From Camelus dromedarius (lineage: Eukaryota): a DNA stretch of 64,000 nucleotides. Below are positions 38,251 through 50,690 of the stretch, piece by piece. Where the stretch lies: positions 47,928,001-47,992,000 of the forward strand of contig NC_087436.1 in the NCBI RefSeq assembly GCF_036321535.1. The letters are read 5' to 3'. Below the pieces are notes generated by a model. It worked only from the letters and a program-made list of their open reading frames with translations, was not told the DNA's origin and made no database searches. Position numbers and translations under genes: made by a program. Position 1 is the first letter of the stretch. Each line of letters begins with the position of its first letter.

Positions 38251-41200
38251 TAACAACAGCTGGTTTCTTTGTATTTGACTTGAGTTTTGTGGTAAATTTG
38301 GAAGGGCAGGATTATGTGAGACTTCTTTTTTTTTTTTTTTTTCAGTAGGAAAAGGCATGAAATATTTTAAATTTCCATACATTTTCATAAGGAGTATATT
38401 ATTGTCTATCTAATTTATAAATTGTTGAAGCTAAATTGTTAATGTCAGAAGCACAAGAAAGAGAAAACTCACACTTACAAAGAAAGTCTGTGACTGTTAA
38501 CTATTACCAGATTTTTTTTTAAGTACAAGCTGTTGGTGGTTGCAAAAGTTGAGTCTGAAATTTCTTTAAAAGGTTAAAACATTTTAAAATTTACTATTGT
38601 ATGCTTGTTTGGCTCTGCTGGAATTCTAGAACTGCTTTGTTGTGAAAATGTCAAGGTCTTAGAAGTTTTAATAAGATTAAAAATTTAGGAAAATTAAGAT
38701 GCTGTTAAAATAATGGCTACTATAACTAAACATGAAGTATTTTTCAACTCTAAAATTTTGCAAAAGAGGCAACCCACAGCATGTACCAACTTTCCAAAAG
38801 GGTCAAAACACTGTTTTTTCTGTAAGATTTAATGAAGTTAGGATTACTATTTTTAGAACACACAGAAATTTAGCCAACTCTTGATTTTCCAGAGAAAGAG
38901 GAGGTAAGATGGCGTGAGGATTCACAGTATCAAGACAAACTTAGTATTTAATATTAATACAAACCTCCTCCTTTATCAAAATAGTAAGCTTCTAACAAAT
39001 AGATGAATTATTTAAATGGAATTAACCTCTTCACATATTACCTTGGCAAAAGAGAAAAATTTGATAAAAGGGAAAAATCAGATGCTTGGATCCCCCAAAT
39101 ATGCATACTTATAATGAATAATAAATATCAACGAGTGTATTATTAAGCCGTTTTCCTCAGGTGGAGCAAGCGTATGACAACAGAATTAACAAACCAATAG
39201 GACAGAAGAAAATAGGAAAAATGTAAACCTGTCCACTTCATTGTTCCTTTATAGTTTAATTAAACATTACTATTAAGACTCAGTAGAAAAAGAGAATTTA
39301 ATTAGTTATATGTATTTTTCTAATTATAATTTATAACTAATGTGAAGAAAAGTTTGCATATTTTACAACAATATGAATGCTAATATGAAACATCCTGACA
39401 CTTCGAGTGGTGTCTTAAGGCTAGTTGACCATTTATTAAGACATAAATCACCGTCTATGAATTTACAGTGAATCTCTAGACATGCAAGTTCTTCTTTCTA
39501 TGCATAATTAGTTTTATCTTTTTTGTCTAAGTTTTCACCCCCTCAGTTCAGTTTTTATGACAGGGAACAAATTGTTTAATAAATCGATGACATCTGGGGC
39601 AAACTGAGAAGTCATATTTTAAAAATTGAGCTTCATTGTTTATGAGCTTAATTGAGTATCTATACACTCTGGTAGGAAGGGCAAATTGGTTTCACAAAGG
39701 GCAAGAATATCTGTTAAATGAATGAGTGAGTGAAAGAGGAGTGAGCTTCTGCCAACAGTAACCTTTTCAATAGTCTTCACTTTTACAGACTATTCTTGTT
39801 ATGAATTTGCTCATATTTTGTGTTATTCCTTATTAAACATATTCCATATTTTAAAAGTTTTTCTGAAATTCCCATTACATTCTGACCATTCTGTTCAGAA
39901 TGAAGTTACTTATGGGAACTTTACAAATTGTGGGTCTAGGTCTCACTTAATCTTTGTATCCTCTTAAGAAAGTTTTGGAAAAATAGGCATAAAGAATCAA
40001 GTAGACTTTTCAAATAACTGAAGATATTTACACAAAAGGGAAAGGGGTAGTTTCTTTGCATTGAGTACTGTTGAGCACTATAAGCCGACTATCGCTTAAT
40101 GGTATGGAAGACCAATTTTCTAGACTCCCTAAGAAAGAACAGTGAGCTCAGTCAAGAATATAAGCTTTTGGGAGGCAATCCGGTGCTCATAAAAAGCAAC
40201 TTAATATAGTGAATTTTTGTGGTGTGGACAACTTCTATCCACTGGGAAAATCCTTTTATATATTTGGAATATTTTTCCACACAGGCAAATAAAATCTTTT
40301 TTTAGACATTTTGTGATTTTAGAAAGTCAGATGGAGTAATTGGGCATATTTTTTGGCTTTCCAAAATATTGTCTGCTTGATATGATTAACTATAAAGAAA
40401 AGAAATGTAAGCACATGTTTGGATTTGATGTCATTTTTTTTAATCTCTTAAATTTTTAATAATAACCTCTCTGGTTCATTTTGTCTTATTTAAGGGATGG
40501 GGTGAACATGAGGAAAATCGAGTCTATTAGGCAGGAGGGTAATTGGTTGAACTGGATACTATAAATTAGAAGCAGCTGTGTTCAAGTGCATAATTTTTGC
40601 CTTCTTTGCTTAAAGTTTTGCCCAACTACATCCTTTAAAAATGATGCTAGGCATGCATCCATGAATTTAGACTTCATTCACAATGCCTACCATGCATTCA
40701 GTACAGTAGGACTTTTTTTTTTCTCAGTTTATATGTGTGGTTTGGGGGAGGTATAACATAAATGGGAGATTAAGAGTAACAATATCTCCCTTGTTACTTG
40801 ACTACAGGTGCAAATCTTGTAAAGTTTAAGTAGTGTGTAATCCAGGCATATTCTCATAGATCTCAGGTTTGTATCTATTTTTGATTGATCCTTTTAAAAG
40901 GATTGTGATTAGTATTCATACTGGAGCCTGGGAATAATGAGTATTTTGTTAAGAAAAGCTCTCAACAAAGATAAAAGTGAAACAGTCCATTCCAAGGACC
41001 CTGTAATATAATCTATATATAACTTATATCTCTAATGTATCTTTTAAATATACATTATCATTTCATCAGTCATTTCTATCCTGGGTCATAGAAATTGCAA
41101 ACAAAGTTTTGCAAGGCAGACAGTTCCGAATCCTCAGTTCTTTTACTTCAGTAGAAGTGGTCAGCTAAATTTTGTGACACATTCTTGTTCTTTTTTAAAA

Positions 41201-41282
41201 TGCTAGTAAATTATCATCTTAACAAAACTAGACTACATTCTTACTCACTAGATTAAATTATCTCTGGAGTTGGAATTCCTGT

Positions 41283-41520
41283 GTTCAATAATTATTCATT
41301 GATCCTCTTCTATGTACCAGACACTGTGTTGTGAACTCGAACAGAGGGATGAGCTAAACACCATTCCTGCTCTAAGGGAAACTTCTAAATAACCATAGTA
41401 GAGTGTAATAAACGCTGCAATAGAGGGAAATGAGTGTTACTGGGAGCCGGGGTGGGAGTTCTGTTTCTGGGGTTGGAGTGCAAGAGGAGGGCATGGAGAG
41501 GGCTCCCCCAGAGGGATAAT
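41283..41520 (-). mobile_element. L2 3' fragment
   Basis: ttcaataattattcattga...ctatgtaccagacactgtg...ttcctgctctaaggga. Confidence 0.65.
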
Positions 41521-42869
41521 AATCACCTAAACCTGTTCACTAGGCTATGTTGCAACTTAATGTAGGATTTCTCTTTTTATCAATATTCAGTAGTTAATAG
41601 CAGCTTACTACCAAGCAGTGTTTTTCATTTGCTTTCTTTGTATTTCTGAGTATGGTAAATAAAACCATTTGGCATATCTAGGTTTAGATGCAATCCCACC
41701 AAAGTTTTCCATGGTATGTCAACTATTTGTTGAGCTTTATAGGAAAAAAGTAACAATTTGCTTCTTCTGTTGTACTGTTAGGAGTGAAAAGATGAGTGGT
41801 GGTGAATTCATGGGCTGTGTGTTGACACCTACTGGGTGTGATTCCACTGGAGGGAAAACTCATAGACACTGGTGTGGTGGGTCCTTTGCCAGTCCTACAA
41901 AACCTCCCCAGATGTCATGCTCTGGTAGAGTAAGTGGAGCCAGCAATGAGTCTATTTTAGAAATGTGTTCACCTTACATTGGCTTTCAAAGAGTTTCAGT
42001 TATAGAGAAACCTGATGTCTCTGACTTAAGAAAAATGGGTAGGAAATATGGGTAAGAAAGAGGACCAAAAAAAAGCCACTCAGCCTTCAGTTTGAGGGAG
42101 TATAACATTAAAAGAGAAAATAAAATCCATTACATTTCCAGTAAGTTGTTATTTTAAGAGATAATTAACATCAAAATCTAGCACACTGTCTCTTGTTCAT
42201 TAGTATTTGATTTATGAATAAAAATATTTTCACTAAGAAGCTCCATTGGAAGTAAAGTTGCCTCACTGTGCAATTTCCCAATGTTCTCCAATGGAAACAA
42301 AGCAGTGTTATAAATTAAGAACTTATGGGGTCATATTCCAAAATGGGGAAATCTTTCCACATTGTCCAGAAGTGTTTCCATTCCAGTCTCTAAAGACATG
42401 GCTGTCTAACACTGATGGTGGCTTCTCTATACCATAAACCTCCAAAGACCTACTTTTTTCGGTCACATAAAAATAAGCATTTCTCAAATCTGATTTAGGC
42501 TGTCATTTAAAATAATGGAGTGGCATATTAAAGAATGTATCTTGCCTTGATTAAAATGTAGTTACAGCAGTCATCCCTTCTCCTCCCTTACTTCCCTGTG
42601 CTAAAAATACACTTTTAGGTAATCCAGATAGAAAATACAAGAAAATGATGCTACTACTCTTAGGTCAGACAAAATGAAGCAACAAACAAAACAACCTGAA
42701 ACTTCAAAATTCATATGCGTAGTCCTAGGACTTTTAGGTAACAGCTTACGTCTAAGTCTTGTGTCTGAAATTTTTGCTGGCACAGTGGTGACCTTGGCTA
42801 ATTGGAGAGGAGACAACTTTTCATCATGCAGGTTGATGAATTTTTTTTAGAGATTTTATGTAACTCAGT

Positions 42870-43010
42870 GAGAATAATAACACTTTTATAATATTTACAG
42901 TGTACTTTTAAGTATAACATGTTATCTCATTTGACCACTCAATGGTGTAGTAGGTAGAATAGCAGTTGTTATTATACTCATTGTGTATTTGTGGAAACTG
43001 AGGCTTGGCT
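42870..43010 (-). mobile_element. MIR fragment
   Basis: ttatctcatttgacc...gtaggtag...ggaaactgaggctt. Confidence 0.6.
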
Positions 43011-44779
43011 GTTAATCTGCAAGAGACAGTACTCACACTCTGCCCATAACTTGGATTTGCCTCACCAAACTGCACAGCAGGACTTTGACACCCTAGGAAA
43101 ACTAGACGTCAAGTGCTTAAGATAAATTGACAAGAAACGTAAAGTGAATGAGTACAGGTTTGATGTTTAAAACATTTTATTTCTTTACCTGTAAGTGATA
43201 GGATTGTGCTGCATTATCGTAAGTTCCATGTCTCATGATTCTCTGATTCTGGAATGTTAGAAGGAGGCTACAGTCTTCCCCTTTCTGCAGGGAACACTCA
43301 AGTCTCTCACTCAACTCTTCACTGGGCCATGTCATGACTTAAATGTAGGATTTCCCTTTTTATGTGAGGGACTGTCTCATATGAACACAGGAAAAAAAAA
43401 TCTTAGTAACCGCTGAGCTTCTGAGGGAAGGGAAGGAAGGATGGAAAACTCAAAGCTTTCTCTTTTATCTACTGAATGAGGCAACTCATCTATAACCTTG
43501 AAAATCATCAAAATGTAATTTATCCTCCAAGTGGTATTGGTTAAAGCCGTCTTTGTCTCACATTTTTCTTTATTAAACACTTGTTACTTTGTTTCTTTAA
43601 ATGGAGAAAAACCACTGGGAAGGTATGAACAGAATTTACAGCAGAAGGGTGTTCTAGACACCTCTTTAAATTAGTGTTACAAATGTGTTTCTGTCTGTTT
43701 TATTTCCATAGAGAAAGGTGCAGCTCAATCCCCCCTTTGGAGCAGTGAACACAGTGATGGGATGGCCGGCACTCAGTGCTGGTTGTCCTGGTAACAGCAT
43801 CTCAAATCTTACACTAACATCTGGTGTTCTTAAGCTTAACAGCTGGTTGTCTACAGAAAAATTTGAACAAGGAGTTGAAACACAAATGGGAATACCATAA
43901 AATAAAAGTGGTTACCTAGGAGGAATACCAAGAAATAACTAAGCTAAAGCAGGAAATTAGATGCAACTTGCAAAAGGCAGAGAGAAATATATCAGGGATT
44001 AAAAAATGGATAAAAGATCATGATGTCCTGAAAAAAATAAAATAAGATGAAGATTGTGGGTTTTAAGGTTTGCATTAGTTTTATAAGCAAATTGACCAAC
44101 GTGTTGGGAAGATGAAAGATTGAGGTTAAATTTTGAAGAATTTGGACTAACAGACTAGTTTTTGGAGTCTCTACAAATCCTAACAGAAGTGGCAACCATG
44201 ATTATATGTGTAGTTAAACCTCTGGAGAATGGTTGACATAGCAATGTGTTTGAAATTAGAAAATACTCTGGACTTTGCCCCAAAGTGATTGATCAGTAGC
44301 TTTTACTTTCTCATTTTTATTCATGGAATTACACATACTATTATTATTATATTTGAAAAATTGGGGGCTATTTTTATTTTTAAGGAGATTGTTTTTACCT
44401 TATGGACTCACTGAATACATATTGACATTGTAGTACTCATTTTAAATTTTAACCAAGATGAAGAACTTTGGCATCGATATTAGTCTTCATTTTGAAGGGC
44501 ACAGGATCTGATTATTTACATAAAAAAGTTGTTAACAGAGAGTTACAGTGATAGTTCTTCTCCTTCATCTCTGAAGTTGGAAAGTTCACTAAATTCCCAA
44601 TTCATACAGTTAAAAAAAATTCCTGCTAGACATACTCTCATACTAGGTGATAATCAGAATTTGAAATAGAAATAGATCCTTTCCTATAAGGAAACTGACC
44701 AAAGCTAAGCAGAGGTTTGCTTGTACTTTAAAATACAATCATAGAAAGTTAAACTTGGACTTATTGGACTAATAAGAGT

Positions 44780-45020
44780 GTAAAACTTTTTCTGAGTAGA
44801 TTTAAAATAGGCAGAGCCAGAAAAACTGGATAGGAATTAGACTTTTACTTGATATAGAGAAGAAGAGTTTAGGAATTTTTCCAAAATAGAACAGACAGCC
44901 CCTCGAGGTCATAATGTCCTCACTGGAGCCAAGGCTGGATGGCCACTTGTCAAAGATCCTGAATAGAAGATTCATGTAGAGTTAAACGACTGCTATGCTC
45001 ACATCCAAACCTAAGATTTA
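44780..45020 (+). mobile_element. CR1/L3 3' remnant
   Basis: cctcactggag...aggctggatggccacttgtcaaagat...tccaaacctaagatt resembles the L3 3' terminus. Confidence 0.5.
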
Positions 45021-46227
45021 GTTTTCTTGTTGTTTAGTCAATGCCACACCAAACATGTAGTTATTCCCAAACATGCATTTTTGTTTAATGTCATTTAGAA
45101 AAGATAAGCAAATAATTGACTTACTGTTTTCCATTCAATGCAGTGTTTTTCCAAAGGGTATAGACATATCAATTGTTTTTCTTAAGAGCCATATTTTTGG
45201 AGAAAATTTTAAAACACTAATAATTTAAAAGAAGAATTAAGTCCCTGGACTGCCACCACCCAGAATTAAGAGCTTCTGATATTTTTCCATATTTGATTAA
45301 AAAATAAAATGTTAGAGTTCAACAGATTTAACTTTATCGTCAAGGATGCCCTGAACACTGCCTCCCTTCCCTCCCTCTACAATCACATCCCCTACCTCCT
45401 TAGACACAAGGTTTTTTTGGTCTCCCTTTAAATCTTTTGAACCATTCCAAATTTTCACGTTTTAGAGGACATTTAAAGAGGAATAGGGAAATCATGAGGA
45501 AGAGATGCTTTTGATTGAATCTTAGTGCAGATGTAAATATGCAACGTTCAGGATGCCAGAAGAGACCCAGAAGGTGTTAGGCAGTGAATGGGAAATGTCT
45601 AGAGCGGCAAGGGCCAGTGTTAGTTATTATTGTTTCAAATGCCATCCGTGCTAGACAAAGCCAGAGAAGTATATAGAATTCTGCACTGAAAGATTCTACA
45701 AAAAGTTTAAAAATCTGAGGCCAGAGCTTTGTTCAGAATTATGATGTTAGAAAGCTGAGAGAATGATGAGGACCCGTTTAGGATACGGGAAAGAACCAGG
45801 AATGATGAGTGCTGGAAGCTAAGGAGAAAAGCATTGTCCATAAAGGACACTTATTTCCTTAGAAGGAGTAAGAAACATGGGCAAGAAGAACCCTTTGACT
45901 GGAGTTCTTAGAAGATGAAGTATGACCAGGAGTGAGTGATGAGTTTTGTTCGGCACATTGGTAGCACCAGAGCTCAGGTTAAATGGTGAATTAAGGAATA
46001 GGTTAGCAGCCACAAAGAGGAGACTACATGTGTAACCTAACTCTTTCAAGAAATTTACCCACGAAAGACAGAATAAGCCTAGAGATTTTGTTTTTAATAA
46101 GAGAATTTTGGAAGGGAACGAAAATATGCTGGTAGAATCTGTGGAGCCTAAAAGAGAGGTAGGGAGGAAAGTGACCTCATTAATGCTAGATGTGCAAAAA
46201 ATTCTAGATGTTTATGAAATATATCTA

Positions 46228-46925
46228 CTCATTTTAAAGCATCTATTTTATGTCAGGCACAGTTCTAGATGTTGGAGATAGTTATAAACAAAGCAAATTT
46301 TAAAAATCCCTGCCCTCAGAGGTGCTTATACTTAAGTGAGGGGAAACAATAAGCAAGTAAACGATTAAAATATACAACACATCGGGTGGTGAGAAATGCT
46401 AGAAATAGAGAAAAATAAAGCGGTAAGGGAGGCAAGGGAGCTGAGAGTGGGGTGTCAGGAAGTCCTCAATAAGAAAGTGACATCTGAGCAGAGACTGGAA
46501 GGAGAGGAGAGAGTAGGCCACGTGGCTCTCTGGGGACGAACCTTCCAGGCAGCGAGAAGGGCTGGTGGGGGCCGAGCCTGAAGATGCGCGGCGTGCAGGG
46601 AGCATAGCCAGAGAGCAGCGCTGCCGGGGCAGGTGAGCCAAGCGGTGAGAAGGAAGCACGGCGGCTGCTCCCATCAAACAGAAGGGGCTCAGGATTTTGT
46701 GCTGAGTGAGATGAAAAGCCAGTGGAAAGTTTTCAGCAAGTAACTGACAGGATCGGCTTGGGCTTTGCATTTCCCCAGGCCCTCGAGGGCCGCCCGGGTT
46801 GAGAATGAAATGGCGCAGGGGAGTTCCGGGATGGAGGAGCCGAGAGGAGCAGTGCAGATGGTGAGATGAGGTTGGATTCCAAAAACACTTTAAGGATAGA
46901 GCTGAATGGAGTGAAAGAGAGGAAT
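46228..46925 (-). mobile_element. L2a-like 3' ~700 bp
   Basis: tatgtcaggcacagttctagatgttggagata...tccctgccctca...aagtgacatctgagcagagactggaagga...tgagtgagatgaaaagccagtggaaagttttcagcaag...gcagtgcagatggtgaga. Confidence 0.85.
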
Positions 46926-48876
46926 GCAGCTGCCGTTATAGACTTGCCATGTCCTGAGACGCGGGAGACGGCTGTGAAAAAGAAACAGAATAGCATTTGT
47001 GATTTTTTTTTTTTTTTTCGAGATCTCCAAAGGATCGTCCCTACCTATATGGATTTTCACAAAGCATATTATCTACAGGGGCCTTTTTGACATCCTAATT
47101 TGGAATTGAAGCTTTGCAATTCAAGACATGTTTTACACTGTGTGGGAGCCTCACACACAGTTCTTGTAAAGCGCGGAGCACAGAGCATGGTCCATAGTAA
47201 ACACTCAATTAATATTCTCTATTATTAGAATTTTTTGTTGGGCCAGGCTGTGTTAACAGTGCTGCTGCTACTTCCTATTTATCAAATGTTCTGTCCAGAT
47301 CTCTAGTTTGTTCTACGAGATGGAAACAAACAATAAAAGGAGGTACTATCATATTATTTCTGTAATGCTGAAGAAAAGCAAGTTAATGACAGCCCCTAGG
47401 AAACAGGCAAATTTGTAAAAATTGGTTGCAACAGATAGCTTCTTAAAAACCAAAACAAATCTTTTTAAAGGTGATTTCCCTCATTCTGCAGAGAAAGAAC
47501 CAGAAGCCCATAGATGGTAAGTGATATGGGCAAAGTTTACAAACTGATACAGCAGAGTCAGGAGCTGAACCCAGAATTTCCTCTCCTGGTTCTCAGCTAC
47601 TGGGACCACAAGAATATTATCCCTTTTGTATCTCTTTTGTTTGAATCCAAAAACCATTGGTACAAAGGTTCTAAGTGTTTTAAAGTAACCGCTTTTATAG
47701 TCATCAGAGCCGAAAAGCATTCCTCACCCCCCCCCCCGCCACCATTGCTTGTGCCTCTGTTGGGTGTATGGACAGAAAATAAGTAGAAGTCATAAAAATG
47801 TGACCAGAGCTGTCATCTTTTCACCCAAAGTAAAAAAGAGTCCAAATAGCCACCCACCCACAACGCAGAGCTCAGAAATGTGTGAGTAATTCAAGTCACC
47901 TGGTACCATGGGCTCTGCAGGTGTTTGTAACACACACCCTTTGCTGGTAAATGGTTTCCTGGTGTTTCATTTAGTCCCAGTGTCACTGCATCAAGAAGGA
48001 AATCTCAGACATCAAAGGAGAAAAGAAGATTAAAGGATCCCAGCACTTTAGAAACAAGACATTGTCAGCTCTACCGTTTACTCCTCAGCAATGCTCTTCC
48101 ATACCCAACGCAGAGCAAAGTGATCAGGAGAGCGTGCCCAGATCTGGTAGGCAGATGGTGGAATATATGTTGGCTGTATTACCAGTTTTCATCTATACAC
48201 ATGTACATACATGGGGGCAGGGCAAGGAAAGTGGTTCGAGGGTGATGCTAAAACACGGGCATCAACTCCTGCAGAGATGCAGGCGAGGAGTGAATGCCCT
48301 GATCAGTGCTTTTAAGACCTTTTAGTGCACATAGACAAGGACACTGACAGGAAACCTGATGGGTAAGCATTGCTGTGTATGTAAAGCTCTGTCCATTATG
48401 TCGACCAGCTAGGTTGCTTGCAGCTATATATTTAGAAGTGCCTCAAGTAATACTAAAAGATGCCCTTTTAGCTTTGACTGTTAAGTAAACAAACTCATCC
48501 AACATTAATGACTGCTCTTTGCCAGGTACTGTCAGACCCACGGTAGGAGATACCTCCGGTTCTGGCATGCTGGAAGTACACCGTTTAGTAGTTTACTCAG
48601 ACATGCTGGAAGAGTTAATAAGCTCAGCTACTTTAGAAGGCCTAGCTTCAGCACAGAACACGATGCTAACTTACATGATCAATTTTAAGCCGACATAGTG
48701 CTTTCACCTACATGTTTTCATTTTAATGTTGACCCAGACAATAAACCTACGATGTAGAGAAAGCAGACACCTTCTATAAGCTCACTGTGCTTAAATGCTT
48801 AAATACATAATGTTACTAAGTTGGATTAGCAAAATGTATAATTAGAAAGTAGAAGACTAGGCAACTCAGCATAGCA

Positions 48877-49053
48877 CAGTGGTTCTCAGAGTGTGAGACC
48901 GGCAACAGCAGTGTCATTGGGAGTTTATTAGAAATGCAGTCTCTCAGGCTCGACTCCAGACCTAACCAGAAACTTTGAGGCTGGAGCTCTGCAGTCTGTG
49001 TTTTACCGTGTCCTCCAGGTGGTCCCATGCAGGCTGAAGTCTGAGAACCACTG
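48877..49053. mobile_element. Full-length MER5A MITE
   Basis: Perfect 13-bp TIRs cagtggttctcag / ctgagaaccactg around an MER5A body (ttagaaatgcagtctctcaggc...ccagaccta). Confidence 0.9.
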
Positions 49054-49170
49054 GTCTGGTAAAGAGAACGGGGTTCTGTTTCTGTCACTAGACTTACTAA
49101 CTGTGCATCACTCGACAGCTGCTGATTAGGCTTCTTGATCTGCAGAGCTGAAGTTAAGGACGCCTACCCA

Positions 49171-49352
49171 GGGGGTGAGGGCAGCAGGAGGGGTATTTTG
49201 GAGTGACGGAAATATTTTAGAACTAGACAGAAGTAGTGGTGACATAATATTGTGAATAATTGAATGCCACTGAATTTTACACTTCAAAAATGTTTACTTT
49301 TATGTTACATGAATTTCACATCAATAAATTAAAAAAAAAAAAAAAAAAAAAA
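49171..49352 (+). mobile_element. 5'-truncated L1MB-like 3' end with poly(A)
   Basis: ggaaatattttagaactaga...aatgccactgaatt...ttttatgttacatgaattt, AATAAA at 49323, A22 tail, TSD gcctaccca (49162-49170 and 49353-49361). Confidence 0.85.
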
Positions 49353-50389
49353 GCCTACCCAATTCACTTCCCAGTTGAATGGGAGAATATGCCTGAAGGC
49401 TCTTTGCCAACCGGAAGGTGCGGTATAGACAGGGCTTGTGAGAAAGCTATTCAGAGTAACTTTCCTTCGCTACTTCTATTTTTCCTGAGAAGCAGAGACC
49501 CCTGTCACTTCACTCAGACAGACATTTAGCAAGCTTTGCCAGTGTGGCATTCTAAAGAAAACATTTTATCTTTATAGTACCTTTCAAGCAGCTGTCAAGG
49601 AGTGGATCTGGGGTGGGCAGAGGGGAACACCAGCTGCAGCTGATGTGGTTGTATCAACAGGTACAACTCTGCAGCCCCAGGTCATCCATGTACCCCAGTT
49701 ATTCCAAAACCAAAAAAAAAAAAAAAAAACCAACAGTTAAGAGACTCCACGTATTTAGAAACTTTTCATTCAGTCTGATATCAATTCTCTTTCTCTTTGT
49801 TTGCCCATCCCAAGTTAATGGAGTTCCTGTGTACTCCCTGAAAAGAGGAGTTGAGAGTATGTGGACTGCCACCACCTGGGTTTTGGGGACCCTCAAAAGC
49901 AATGGCTTTTTTCTGTCCCACATAATGTGAATCTCTTGAGGGCACTGACCATGTCTTATGCACCTTTACCAGCCCTAAGATGCCTGCATTAGTAACCCTT
50001 CAGTAAATAGTCAATAGGTAGCAATGGCTTGACATTCCTGTGGGCTCCAGGATAATTTTCACTACAGAGATTTGAAGACCAGAGGCTGAAGCACTAATTT
50101 ATAAATCCAGTGAACTCATGGCTACCTCCTCGCAGTAGATTGTGAATAATCCAGTTTATAGAAGCTCAGAAGATTACTCACATGGTCAGAGGGCTGATCA
50201 GTGTGATACAGGCTTATCAGAGGCTGTCTTGTCAGCTTCTCCAAGGTGAGGATGGAGAGGATTTTGATTCCATGTTGTCAGATGCTGCCTGTGCTGTGTG
50301 TGTAGAACCGAGTGATTTCAGATTATGTCTTGGGTTGGCTGCTCCTTAGAGATTACTTTTAGAGTTCTGCCTACATTGTAGGAATTCTT

Positions 50390-50690
50390 TTGTGTTTTTT
50401 TAATGGAAACTTTTTATACATACAGAAAACTAGAGAAAATAGTATGAGTGAAGCCCCCTGGGCCCATTCCATAGCTTCAGCAATTTTTAACTCATGGCTT
50501 ACCTTGCTTTATCCACATTCCCCAACTCATCCTCACTTTCTGCAGTGTATTTTAAAAATAAATCCGGCACATCATGTTATTTCCTTTACAAATATTTCAG
50601 TTTCTTTAGAAAAACTAAAAAATACCTGCAATATTATTATCAAAACTTAAGAGTTAATAATAATTCCTTAATATCATTAAATACCCAATA
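50390..50690 (-). mobile_element. Old L1MC/ME 3' fragment
   Basis: catacagaaaactagagaaaatagtat...agcttcagcaatttttaactcatggc...ttaataataattccttaatatca. Confidence 0.7.

Noticed and set aside
38893..38903. Possible microexon ttttccag|AGAAAGAGGAG|gtaaga
   Set aside because: 11 nt is not frame-preserving, the pyrimidine tract is short, and no neighbouring exons were identified.
43188..43247. Possible 60-nt minus-strand exon (NQRIMRHGTYDNAAQSYHLQ)
   Set aside because: Splice-like signals are present, but the peptide is unrecognised and there are no partner exons; it cannot be supported without RNA data.
44695..44730. aagctaagcag resemblance to 5S rRNA
   Set aside because: Only about 11 nt match, and the flanks do not extend it.
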